64,000 bases of DNA. Source: Isurus oxyrinchus (Eukaryota). The stretch is from assembly GCA_026770705.1 (NCBI GenBank), contig JANJGN010000056.1, forward strand, positions 1,674,001-1,738,000, in the 5' to 3' direction. This document shows, one piece after another, positions 49,723 to 61,800 of this stretch (the first letter of the stretch is position 1; the number at the start of each line of letters is the position of its first letter). The notes below the pieces were generated by a model. It saw nothing but the letters and a program-made list of their open reading frames with translations, did no database searches and was not told the DNA's origin. The translations under genes were made by a program, and so were the position numbers.

Positions 49723-50630
49723 CTAATGTTGTTGCGATTGTGATCCTTTCCAGAAGAAAGTGTGGACTTTCCAAGTGCATTACACTCTATATGATGGCCA
49801 TGGCAGTGGCTGATTTCCTGTTTATTTGTACTGAAGTCATACTGAAGGAGATGCTGGGTGTTTATTTTCCGGATTCATTCTTGACAATGAGCACGGTGTG
49901 CCATCTAACTGAGACGTTGATTTATATATTCACATCAGCCGCTGTATGGTTAACAGTGGCGTTCACCTTCGATCGTTTTGTGGCGATATGTTGTCAGGAG
50001 CTGAAAAAAAAATATTGTACAGAGACAACAGGCGCAGCTGTCATATCAGTAGTGAGTGCTTTGAGTTCTTTGACAAACATTCCCTGGTATTTTACGTATG
50101 AACCTGCATATATAATTGGCAATGTATCTCGCGGTTGCTTCCTAAAACCGACATTTTTCATTTATGCTGAATGGGCTGCATTTGATTGGTTTACCCTTAC
50201 TTTGACCCCATTTGTTCCCTTCATTTTAATTTTGTTGATAAATGTTTTGACGGTGAGACGTATTTTAGCCGCCAGTAGAGTTCGCAGGGGTCTCCGCGGT
50301 TGCTACAATGGAGAGCATCACAATGATCCAGAGATTGAAAGCCGAAGAAAGTCCATAATTTTACTGTTCAGTATAACCGGCAGCTTTATGTTGTTCTGGG
50401 CAGCTCCGCTTTTATTTTATTTTATCACCCTGCGTACAGCAATCATTTCATATTCTGGCACTAATGAACTTGAGTCATTGGGATTCATGCTTGGGCTCCT
50501 CAGTTGCTGCACAAATACATTCATTTATGTGCTGACACAGTCTAAGTTTAGGGAGGAGCTGAAGAAAGGAATGCTGTGCCTTATGGAATGGTGCGTAAAA
50601 TTAGTCAAATTACAGCTGAAAACCATTTGA
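49723..50630 (+). CDS. GPR139/GPR142-like orphan GPCR gene B, coding exon 2; full protein 325 aa
   Basis: Acceptor CTTACAG ends at 49722. Intact 7TM frame ANVVAIVILSRRKCGLSKC...DRFVAICC...NTFIY...KTI*. The ORF-track start at 49668 is intronic. Confidence 0.93.
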
Positions 50631-50816
50631 CATATGCAGGAGGACATAAACATTGTGCTTGAAGGGATTAACATTAGCAAAATACTTGAAGCAATATATG
50701 GCCACTCTGGACAAAATTATATCCCGCCTAAAAATACTCCTTTATAGTATGGAGTCAAATTGAACTCCTTTTCACAGTATACTGTAAACAATGGTGAACA
50801 TGAGGTGTGATGACAT

Positions 50817-50822
50817 AATAAA
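50817..50822 (+). terminator. Candidate polyadenylation signal of gene B
   Basis: AATAAA about 190 nt after the stop, at the position equivalent to gene A. Confidence 0.4.
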
Positions 50823-52214
50823 CGAAAATTACTGAACAGCCCGTGTTATTATTGCAGGGTTTGAGAGGATGAATTGTGATGCCCGGTTCTGTAACAATAG
50901 AGCTCATTGCAACAGTTGCTCTGAACAGCAAGAGAACATCCCAGACATCACCAGAAGTATCACAATACCTCGAACAAGCGTAACTTAGAAAAACGTCACA
51001 AATACCCTTCAACGTCTCTTCTGGGTCGCATAATGTATTGGGCGGTTTTCAGAACAGGTTTCAGGAAACCTGGCACCCTCGAAATATCGGACTGTTGCAC
51101 AATGAGCTGCTGCTCAGAGTTCCATATACCTCACACGATTAAAACAAGGAACGCCTGGCCATCAAGTGCTTTGTAAAAGACCGGGCATTGGCGCAATTGT
51201 CACAGGGTACATTTTATCACTCATTCGCAAGATCAATAGGACTTAGAGACGGTTCCCTATCTTGGCTTCGGATTTCCTTACGATTTCTTTGAAAGCTTGC
51301 ATAGCTCAAACTTAATTATTCACGAACATAGGAGCTGCCACCTCTCCACATGCTCATTCACAACAGTCTGTGTTTCACGTTTTCTGGTCCTTTCTCACAC
51401 ACGGCCAGCAAATGGTTGTTACCACAATTCACAGATGCTGTGGCGATTGAAAATTATTAACTTGAAATCCACTCATCAAAATACCGAGTGAATCTTCAAA
51501 CAGATATCCTCTCCAATTCCAGGCTATGAAACATCCACTCGCTCATGGCCCTACCTTAAACATCTTCCTTTGTATTCCTATGTATTTTGAATGTGAACAA
51601 AAAACTTTATTCTTCTTTGCACATATTCTTCTCGTTTATTCTCATTTACTTTACTTAAACACAGTTGTAGAATGCAACCATATACTTCTTAGAACGTAGA
51701 GCAGATAATTTGACTTACTCTTTCTTTATTGGGTCTCTGAAGCGAAGATGCAGCCTCCTCCGTGTGCATGCTGTCTGGATCATTCGGTTTTCTCAGATAC
51801 TAACACAAAATCGCCTTGACCTTCCCTAGTTGACCAGCCTAATCATCCCGGAAAATGGTTGGCCACAAGAACGGCCAATTAAAATGACAAATGTACACTG
51901 GCGTTAGATACAAACTTGCACCCGCCATCACGGAATAAATTATCATTAAAAAAATGATTCGGTCATTGCATGAGGCGCACAGCAAGAAAACCATTTATTG
52001 ACAACCTCTCATTGCTCTTACAGCAAAGTGAACGTGAACCGCCTTTTCGAGCAGCTACAGTGAATGTGATATATTCGAGCAGGATACTTAGGACCTGAAT
52101 TAATAAATACCCACACCGACAGCTAGGCTAGCACTCTTTTCCAAATAGTTGCTCTGACAGTTTTGGACCTCCACTTTCTAATAATCAACCATAGCTGCTG
52201 AGCTCCCAGTCCTT

Positions 52215-53180
52215 TTAGTTCCTTGGGGAACCTGAGATCCTCAGGGTTGTGACCGAGGCCCAACCATGTTTAGCTCCATCATCAAGGATCAGCACTCCAT
52301 TGCAAAGTCAGGAATGGGGATGTTCGCTGATGATGCACAATGCTCAACACATTTCCAGATTCCTGAGATAATGAGGCAGCCCATGGGCAAATGAAGCATA
52401 TTCTGGACAATGTACTGTCTTTGGCTTACAATTGGCAAACAACATTCACACCAGACAAGTGCCAGGCAATGACCGTCTCCAAAAGAGTTAATCTAAACAA
52501 CACCTGTTTTCGCTCAATGGCATTGACAAATGTCCCACGATCAGCATTGTAACTGTTATCACTGAGCGGAAAGTGAACTGGATTAGGCATATAAACACGA
52601 TGTCTATTAATCCACTTCAGAGGCGGCAAGTAACACACTTCCTGGTTCCCGAAATCCTATCCACAATCTTCAAGGGAAAAGAAAGGATTGTGATGCTATA
52701 TTCTCCACTTGCCTAAATACGTGCAGCTCTAACAAAACCCAAGAAGCTTGACATCATCAAGGACAAAGCAGCTGCTTGATGGACACTACACCAACACACG
52801 TTTTGTTCCTCCACCGGCGATGAACAATGGCAGCAGTCCGTGCCACCTATAAGAAGCAATTCAGGGATACACGAAGGCTCCTTAGGCAGCACTTTCCAAA
52901 CTCACAACCGGTACCACCTAGCAGGATAAGGGGCAGCAGGTTACCAGGAACACCAGTACCTGGAAGATCCCCCTCAAGCTATTCGCAACCCTGATTTGGA
53001 AATTTATCGCTGTGCCTTCAATATCATGTGTCAAAATCCTGGAAATCCATCCCTATCAGCACTGTGGGTGTACGGGCACACCAGGGACTGCTGTGGTTCA
53101 TGAAGTAGCTCATCGCCATCTTCACAAGCGTAACTATTTATCGGCAAGAAATGATGTGCCAGCGATTGAAGCCAAAATAA
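52215..53180 (+). mobile_element. Decayed non-LTR LINE RT and 3' end (paralog)
   Basis: Colinear with 26890-27880. Confidence 0.7.
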
Positions 53181-56100
53181 CGTATATGAATAATAAAAAA
53201 GTTGACTATGTGGCTGCACAACTTCTGCGCATTCCTATTCTCCACTCTGAGAACCATGCTCTACCACAGTCACATCAATGTTCCAACTTCCTCTGACACT
53301 CTGCTCTAGCTACATAGCTCCCGCTCTTTTATTAAATCTCTGCTCTGGGGGAACAGCCCCAGTTACCTTTCACTCTGTGATTTGATTACCTCGCCCCCGA
53401 TCTTTCTACTTCTTTCCTCTCACAGCCCAGCTCCCGCTCAATTTAAGTCCCGATGTCTCAACCCACCGCTCTTTTTAAAAATACCACCTGTTGCCGCTCA
53501 GCCTCCATCTCTCTCTAATTCAGTGTGCTCACTGTTCAGCTGCAGTACCAAGAATATCACTAAATATGACTTTACAGCCAAGCGTCCAGCCCGGAATTGG
53601 AGACAGCTGAGATTAATTGAGAATGATTACGGATTTGTAAAAGGCATCCCTTTGACTAAGTACATCCTGGAACAACATAGTTTGCAATCTAATGTCACAA
53701 CTGGGAAAATTAAGAATGATAATACAGGAGTGGTTGGCTAACTGGATTTTGAGGTATTAATTGACAACCTACTGCAGATAGAGCTGGTAAGAAAATTTAG
53801 GCTCATGAAAGAGGGCAGAAGCGGGGTGTCTCTATCCAATTGGATACATTTAGGTAACACACCGAAAACATAAACTGTTGGTAATCGTTTTGTTTCAGTC
53901 TGGATGAAGTTAGCCATTGGTTTTCCCCATGAATCTGTGTTGGACTGGTGTTCGTTTTGCTGTCAATAAACCAGTTGAATCTTAGAATAAGGCACAACGT
54001 CTCAAAACGTGTGAATTATACACATAAAGTGGGCTGGGTGTTAACCAGTGAGGATGATACGAATCTATTGCAATTGGACACGGAGAAACGAGCAGAATTG
54101 GCAGGGAATTAGCAGATGCAATTAGATGCATTGCAGGGTAAAATAATACATGTTGGCTGATGGGGTAGAGAGGGGTAATGGAAGCAGAATGACACTGTTA
54201 GAAAGAATGTGGCTGAACAGGGTGAGCAGGGGGACAAGCTTCGATATCTGAATGTGGTGGACACAGCCGTGCTGAGGGTATGGCTCATCGTGGCGAAGGC
54301 GACTGACACCGCACTTTGGGAGTGGGGGGAGGGGGGTGATGTGGGGCGCGCTGTGCTGACTTTTGAATGTGGCGACCTTTCCTTTCTGGGTAAGATTGGA
54401 GGAATCTGTCTAACTGAGGTAGATGAGTGACGCTATTCGTATTTAGAATGCAATGGCTACTACGTGCAGTGAGAGATAGAAACAGAGGAAATATCGCTCG
54501 GATGTGGAAAAAAAGGCAGAAAAAAATGAGAAAATGATAAGAACCTGAAACGTTCTCTGTTTACCTGAAGAGTCAGAGCTCCATCAAGTTGAGGACCAAT
54601 TGGAAGAAGCTTTGAGGATGTCAAGGACACGATCTGCAATCTGCTTGAGGAACTTCAATGCACTTCCTCAAGTGTGACTCAGTCGCACTATTACTTTCCA
54701 AACTGGCCGGCTCATAAATCAGTTTGCTGCTGGACTGGCTCAGTAGCAGCTGGTGAGGGAACCAGCAAAAAGGAACACAAATCTACGTTACCTACTCCTA
54801 ATTTTTTTTTCTGTTTTAGATGCATGTAAACATGAAAGCATAAGTAAGAGTTAGCACCTCACAATTGTATTGGGGACTAACTCCCGTGCTCACACTGAGA
54901 TAGCCTCCATCCTATAACGTGACTCTATGAGTGCGTTAAATGAAATAGTTATACTATTCTACCAACTGGAAAATGGGCATCCATTATGTGCCATGGGAGA
55001 ACAACGGCAGCAGCATTGTATATAACCACAAACTGTAACCCCTTGACCCTGCATATACCTCACGTTGCAATTAATATCAAACTGTAGCTAAACACTGGTT
55101 GTCAGAAGACCGTTGGTGGTGAGGGGGTGAGGGTGTTTTGTGGGGTGCTGGCATTTGGGAACACTGCCAGACATTCCTTAAAGTGAATTGAAATACTTTC
55201 AAAAACACGCTGCAAAGCTGCAACAAATTGAAACTTAATTTACAAACATCCAAAGAAACGTGTGATATGCAGACCAAAATGATCCCAAAATAAACGGACC
55301 AGATGTTAAATCATCAGTTTTTCCACATGAATGAGTATGAATAAAAACACAGCGAACTGAAGGTGGAGGCTGCACAAACATTCCCAACCTCACTGATTGG
55401 GGAGCTGAACACATGACCGCATATGACATGGCAGAAATATTTGCAAAAATTCCAACCATAGGTCACGCATGGATGATCTAAATAGGCAACACGTTTTGTC
55501 CACAGTATCACAAATGCCAGTCTTCAGCCAGATAAAATCACTCTACGTGCTATCAAGAGAATGCTGAAGGCACTGGATACTCCTAAGAGTTAGGACCCTG
55601 AAAAACCGCTGGCATATTACCGAGGACGTTAGCTTCCCAGCGGCTAAAACACTCGAATTTACCTGGAAATGTAGACAAGTGCTCTGGTTTGTTCTGTCCA
55701 CCAATTTAGAAAACAATCCAGGTCGACAAAATGCGACCCCATTAATGTACTCTCGATCATCTGAAGAAAATATTGGTGGAGGCCGTTGACAATGCTACCA
55801 ATTGATATTAATTCAGCAATAAATTGTTCGCTGATGCTCAGTTTGGAATCTGCAAGAATCCCTCAGCTCCTCACCTAGTTTCATACCCGGGGGCACATAT
55901 GCACACATGAGGTAAACTCTTGAGGTGAGAGTGAGAGTGACCGTCTTTGGTATCAAGGCGAGAATTTACCGTTCTTTCACTGCTGGCCTTGTTCCACTCT
56001 GCCATGACTATGTTCCCACATCCAGGCTTCCCTTTTTAGGTGGCCAGGAAATGAATTGTCAACGGAATGCTGGCATTTATCAAATCGCCCAAAAACCTGT

Positions 56101-56334
56101 GACTACACATTTTGTATTGCACCTCAATATTATTTACCGTTTGACAATCGATTTCATAGTCAGGTTATCGCTACCTAAGAAACATAAAGTTGGAACTGGT
56201 ACATTTATTTACGATTTGCAAATGTATTACTAGATATAATAGCACATTTGGAAATCATAATGAAGTCATCAAGCAAACTGGTAACTTTGCTTCTTGTCTA
56301 ATTATAATTGTCCTGCCGTTTCTCTGCCTTGCAG

Positions 56335-57210
56335 CTAAATTGGTGACGACGGAATTCTGTCGCGGCGTAAGTCGGGGCTATCGAAATGTATCACTCGCTA
56401 CCTGGTGGCCATGACAGGGGCGCATCGACTCGTCATTATCCTCGACATGATATTACCACACATTCCAATTGTTTTCCAGAAGCAGCTTCATTTCCTGAAG
56501 TTCATTACTGTGTGTAATGTCCATGCCGTTCTGAGTTATGCAGCCACTAACTGTTCTGTCTGGTTCACTGTAACGTTCACTTTTAATCGATTTACAGCCA
56601 TCTGTTGCCGGAAACTTAAATATAAATATCGCACCAGAGAAACTGCGAATGTCGCCCTGGGAACAGTGATTGGTCTGAGCTGCACAAAGAACATGTTGTG
56701 GTATGTTATGGTAACAGGCCTGTGCTGAGGAACGTCCCCTGGTTTTGTTAGGTACGCGGGGTTCTTGGTTGTCTCAGATCTGAGTAGCAATGGTGTTCAC
56801 ACATGGAATTCGAAATCCAGTAGTACCATTTATCGTGATTCTGGTGCTCATTGTTTACACTGTCAGACACATTTTAGTGAGCAGCTGAGACAGGAAGAGG
56901 CTCAGGCCTCACAACACTGGGAAGAACCGCGGAGACCCAGGAATGTAAAGTCGAAAGAAAACCATTATTATATACTTTGCAATTTCAGCGAATTCCATCC
57001 TGTTACGGTCAGTGTTAATGCTTTATTCTATATGGATCGGATGTAATATTTGGGGTATCGATCTCTAATGACAGATGTGCTTGTGCTGGAATTGGGTTTA
57101 ATGCTGCAGCATCTTAGTTGCTGCACGGAAACTTGCCATCACCAGGTTCAGAGCCCAGTCAAGAATGTATTCAAGCATCCCTTTCCTCTAATTGTTCAGT
57201 TCACTAAACA
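56335..57210 (+). pseudogene. Divergent GPR139-like exon 2 pseudogene (different subfamily), multiple frameshifts
   Basis: Acceptor ctgccttgcag. Fragments ILSRRKSGLSKCITRYLVAMTGAHRLVIILDMIL...VCNVHAVLSYAATNCSVWFTVTFTFNRFTAICC, LRNVPWFC* and ELGLMLQHLSCCTET are spread over several frames. Confidence 0.85.
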
Positions 57211-57339
57211 ATTGAACAGAACAGCACACTGCACAGAACTTACTCACTGAGCGCTTCCAGGATTTTCTGAGTTTATTCCATATTTTTGCTTGGAATTTGC
57301 TCTTGCACTTTTGGAAAAGATCATCAGAGGCGCCTGTCA

Positions 57340-58880
57340 CAATCATGATGCACTGGGTGTTTGTTGCCTCGCAATGGTGATAGAGTGGAGCGGGACAGTC
57401 TTTTTGCAGACCAGATGAGGATCTGGTCTAGTAACTATGATGTCAGAGCAGGTGGCAACACCTGCACTACAGTGACCAAACATTAACGTGTCCTTTTGCT
57501 TTGAAAGCCCTGGCTGATTCGTGAATATCACTGGCCGGCACAAACCTGCTGCTCCATTGCAACAAAACCTGCCTGCCCACAAGCTGTCTCCATGACTAAC
57601 GGGCGCACCGGGTTTCAGGTGGTTGAGAATTGCGCCAAGTACATTGCAGGATGTGAAAAACTTACATTGACGACAATGGTGGATTTGATGTAGCAGGAAC
57701 AAGCGATGAGCATGGGGGTAGTAATGGTATAATGGCGCAGATGTTATATACCAGGTTGACAAGCAAATATAGGATTATACCTCATGTTTACCTGGCTGAT
57801 GGCTGATATACCTGATAGACCAGAGGAGTGTTTTGATTTCTAATGTAGAGTGGAAAAGTGCGGATACAACAGATGTGAATCTTGTCTGGGGAGGCATGCC
57901 AGTTTCACTGGGGAACGAGATAGCAGGGAAAATGGTGGAGGGAAAACCTTTGTTGAATTGTGGTGATGCACATATGAATGAGATACAGGTTATGCTGCGT
58001 TGAATGCTCAAAATAAGGAGGTTCTACATATGGAGGGATTGATATGCCACATAAACTGGCGAGCTGGGGCGATATATAAAGTACATGGAAGTAGAGGAAG
58101 CAGGTACTGGAGAACAATCAGTGGAGCGTGATATATACCAGCAGCACAAGGAGAGGAGGTTGGTGTGCCAGGAACTGGTTCAGGTGTGGATAGGGAGGAG
58201 AGCCAAGTACACTGGGAGAGGTATAAAGTACACAATGGGATGTGGAGATCTTCCTGTACAGTGGGTCCAGTCTGGTTGCCGAACAGATTGAGAGATAAAC
58301 TAGGCACTGGGCCTGGCGTTTTTTTGTACACAAAGTGGCGGAAAAAGCTATAAGTGAAGCAAATGAAGATGAGGTTGATATAAAAGGTAAACTGGCAGAG
58401 GGGTAAATATATAATACGTGCTGCAGGGCAGGAAACGAAGAACAAGATTTTCCAGGGAATGAGGCCATGCATACCAGGTACGCTGCTGGACTGGGACTGG
58501 GGGAGTGTGGGGATATGCTAACTCCAATGGACGGGGAGTAATTTGTTCGGCTTTACTCGGGAATGGTGAAATATGGCAGGTAAATCAGAGAGGAGAATGT
58601 TTATCAGCTACAACTGGGGGCTTGGGTGATATATTACAGGAAAAGCGGGGAGGAGTAGATATATACCATGATCACCGGGGGAGGAGCAGCTGCAGAGGTT
58701 CTATTAGATGATCGTATCCGATGAAAGCAGCGAGGGGGGTATATATTCCGGCCACAATGGGGAAGTATGAGATTTCCATCGGACGATCGGGAATTACCAA
58801 TTTTCTCTCTGGAGGGAGCGCTATGAACCGATTTTCGGGGGAGGGGAAGTTCATGGCGGGTGACAGACATCGTAAATCCT
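57340..58880 (+). mobile_element. Decayed CR1 5' portion (ORF1/endonuclease-like)
   Basis: Purine-rich degenerate coding sequence with CR1-like motifs. Its 3' end continues into the segment shared with unit A at 28465. Confidence 0.5.
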
Positions 58881-61800
58881 TTCTCCCTCTCTCTCTCTCT
58901 CGCTCTCTCTCATTCTATCTCTCTCATAAAGATAGTTCAGCGTCTTAAATAGTCAGTTAAATATCTATATTAATCGTTATTGTTTCTGCATTTCAGCATT
59001 TTGCTAAGTTCAACTGAGAAATTACTTTATAAACCTCCTTGATGATTATTTAATCTCTAAGTGTTCAGGAAAGTGCAACATCTGTTTCACTGTTTATGGA
59101 AATCCGCCAAAATAATTCCCACTGAGCACCAAATATGGAGCAGGGAGATCTCAGGACCCATCATGGTTTTAGTTCTGTCAAGATCGGCACAGGACCTCCT
59201 GTCACATTGTCGATGAGTGATGGAGGCAGGGGATTACGGGATTCATTCAGTAATCCTGACAACCACACATGTAACATGACACAGAGTCTGAAATGCAGCA
59301 ATGGAAGCCCTCACGCATTAGTATTGAATATAAACATAGTAAAACAACCAAAGATGCTGCACAGAGCATTATATGACAAAGTGACATATACATAGGGCAC
59401 ATTTAGCACAATCCCATGGCCCAAGTTGCTTCAGCTTAGCTCCACAGAACAGAACTTGACAACTGTTCAAAGCATTCTTCAAAGTGGTTGGCCTTAAGAA
59501 TTATCTTAAAGGAGGAAGGCGGGCCGAGGTCTGGAGCGGTGCTGGGAGGGATTCCAAAGCATGGACTGTAACCAACTGACGTCAAGTTCAGCAGTGGTGG
59601 AAAAATCACAGTTGGGAATGTTCACACAGCCAGAATTAGATGACCACAGTTATCACGGTAACTTGTGAGGGAGGAAGAAATTACAGCGATAGGGAAGGGA
59701 AAGCCATGAAGAGACATCACAGATGTCATTGTGACTTTTTGTTTGCAACTGACCAAGGAGGGAATGATTAGAAGATGTCCCTCGCCTCCTGCTTATTAGC
59801 ACACATATTATTGACTTTTAATGAAGCAAGAACTGGAGGTGTCACATGTTCTCAGATCGAGGTGAGGGTGCAAAGTACAGAAAGTCCGAATTAGAACACT
59901 ATGTTTTTCTAAAAAGAATGCTCGCCTTTCAGAGATAATAGAGATGGGACAGATGAGACACACAGAAAAAACAGCTTTCCGAAATAATATGCTTGGTTTT
60001 GCTTTAAAAGAAAAAAAAATGTGCATTATTACATCGATCTTGTTTAACGTGAACACCTTTGTGGGCTGAAGATTTATTTAGCTTTTAGTGGTAACAGTGA
60101 TTATTTCACCCTTTCCCCTCCCCCAGGGAAACTGACAGGAGGCGCTTTATATCAGTAGATGCTTTTTACCCTCTGCTTACTTTTCTCTAAGCCTATTTAT
60201 TGTTTTAATCTTGTTGCTCTGATCAAAGTGATAGGGTGAGGAGGAGCGAGGAAGGGAACATTCATCTGCGTCAGAAACCCAGGAGGGGACGGATTTATGC
60301 AGACAGTATTGCTTCCATTATTATTTTTACTGCAGCCAACACATACCCTCAGTGAAAGGAGAGTGAAATGGAAAGGGCAGGAGAGGGATTTGAACCTGTG
60401 GCTACAAAGCGGTGCAATAACTCTTCAGATGTTTGCCGAGCAGAGACTTAATGAGGTTAGTTACAGTCTGGTAAAAAATCAGCAGCTTCTCTCTCTCGGC
60501 CTCTCTTTCTTTCTCTCTCTCTCGCACACACACAGACCTCTCATCTCTCTCTTGCGTTCATTTATCTCTCTCTCTCCTCTTATCTCGTTTGTTTTCCCTG
60601 AAATAACATGGCCTTCACGTTTTTCCCATGTTGCCGAATCCACCTCATCCATCTATCCTGCGCAGTACTCCCGGGATTGGAGCATTAAAAAGGGGAAAGT
60701 TACCTGGACATGGTAGTCAGTTCAAAACAAACTGGATAAAGCAAACTCTAACGCAGGGAACTGATCTGTTTGTAAACACAGAGAAGTGGAAAACATTGGG
60801 ATGCCTTATGGCTCTGGTTGGAGTGCATAACACAGAAATGTATGCAGGCACAGGGAGCTGATGCACGGTGTCAGGCTTACCATTCTCCAGGCAGTGAATT
60901 TCATGTAACTATTCATAACTGAAGCGTTGGAGTTGACCCAGAGAGAACTCACACATTTGGACACTCTCAGAAACATTAGAGTTTTTATAAGCACAGAAAG
61001 GTTCCAAATGTATGAAATCAGGAAATAAATCCTCGCATAATATGCCCACCAATTGTGACAATGGATCTATTGGATTGTCTTTAAAAATCTAGTTTTGTAA
61101 TGTCATTTAAGGGAAGAAATATTTCGCCCTCACACTGCTCGCCTACAAGAGATTCCAATCTCATGGCAACGGGGTTGACTCTTAACTGCCCTTTGAAATG
61201 GCCGAGCAAATAATCAGCTTTATAAACACGCTGCAGATAAGTGGAATAAGGGTGAAATGGAACTGCCTACCCAGCTTGAACCGAGGGACTGCTCATCACC
61301 CAAATCTCTGGTAAAATTATAGATCAGCAACAAAAGCAGATCATAGCTGTGATGGTCACCACCAATGAATGACGAGGGCAAAGTACAATTAAACCAGTCG
61401 AGACTCTGTTACATTTGGGGGCAAACAGAAATCCTGATCGTAATTGTGTACCAGTTTGTTCATTCTTACAAAGTTAATAAATATGTGCCTACCTGGTAAA
61501 GTTACACATTCAATCTGCCTAAATAGTAACACTGACCATAGACGTTGCACAGAACGTTATGGAATTGTGTCCTTCACAGGCCTGGATGAGTCCAGCATGG
61601 AAATACAAAGGAAATGAATCCGAAAAATCCATCTAGTTCCCTGGCGATTTTTATGGGAGACTTTAACAGGTCTAGTTGGCATGTAACACAAGGCCCACAA
61701 CAATGCCATTAACATTTAACTGTCCGCTGGAAAACTGGTCCGGAGGTCTGCACAGCCGAAAAGACATATACAAAATAATTACTGAACTCATGATTTTTGC

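Noticed and set aside
60297-60716. 139-aa ORF with signal-peptide-like start
   Set aside because: It spans a CT microsatellite, and the paralog in A (~30060-30480) has in-frame stops.
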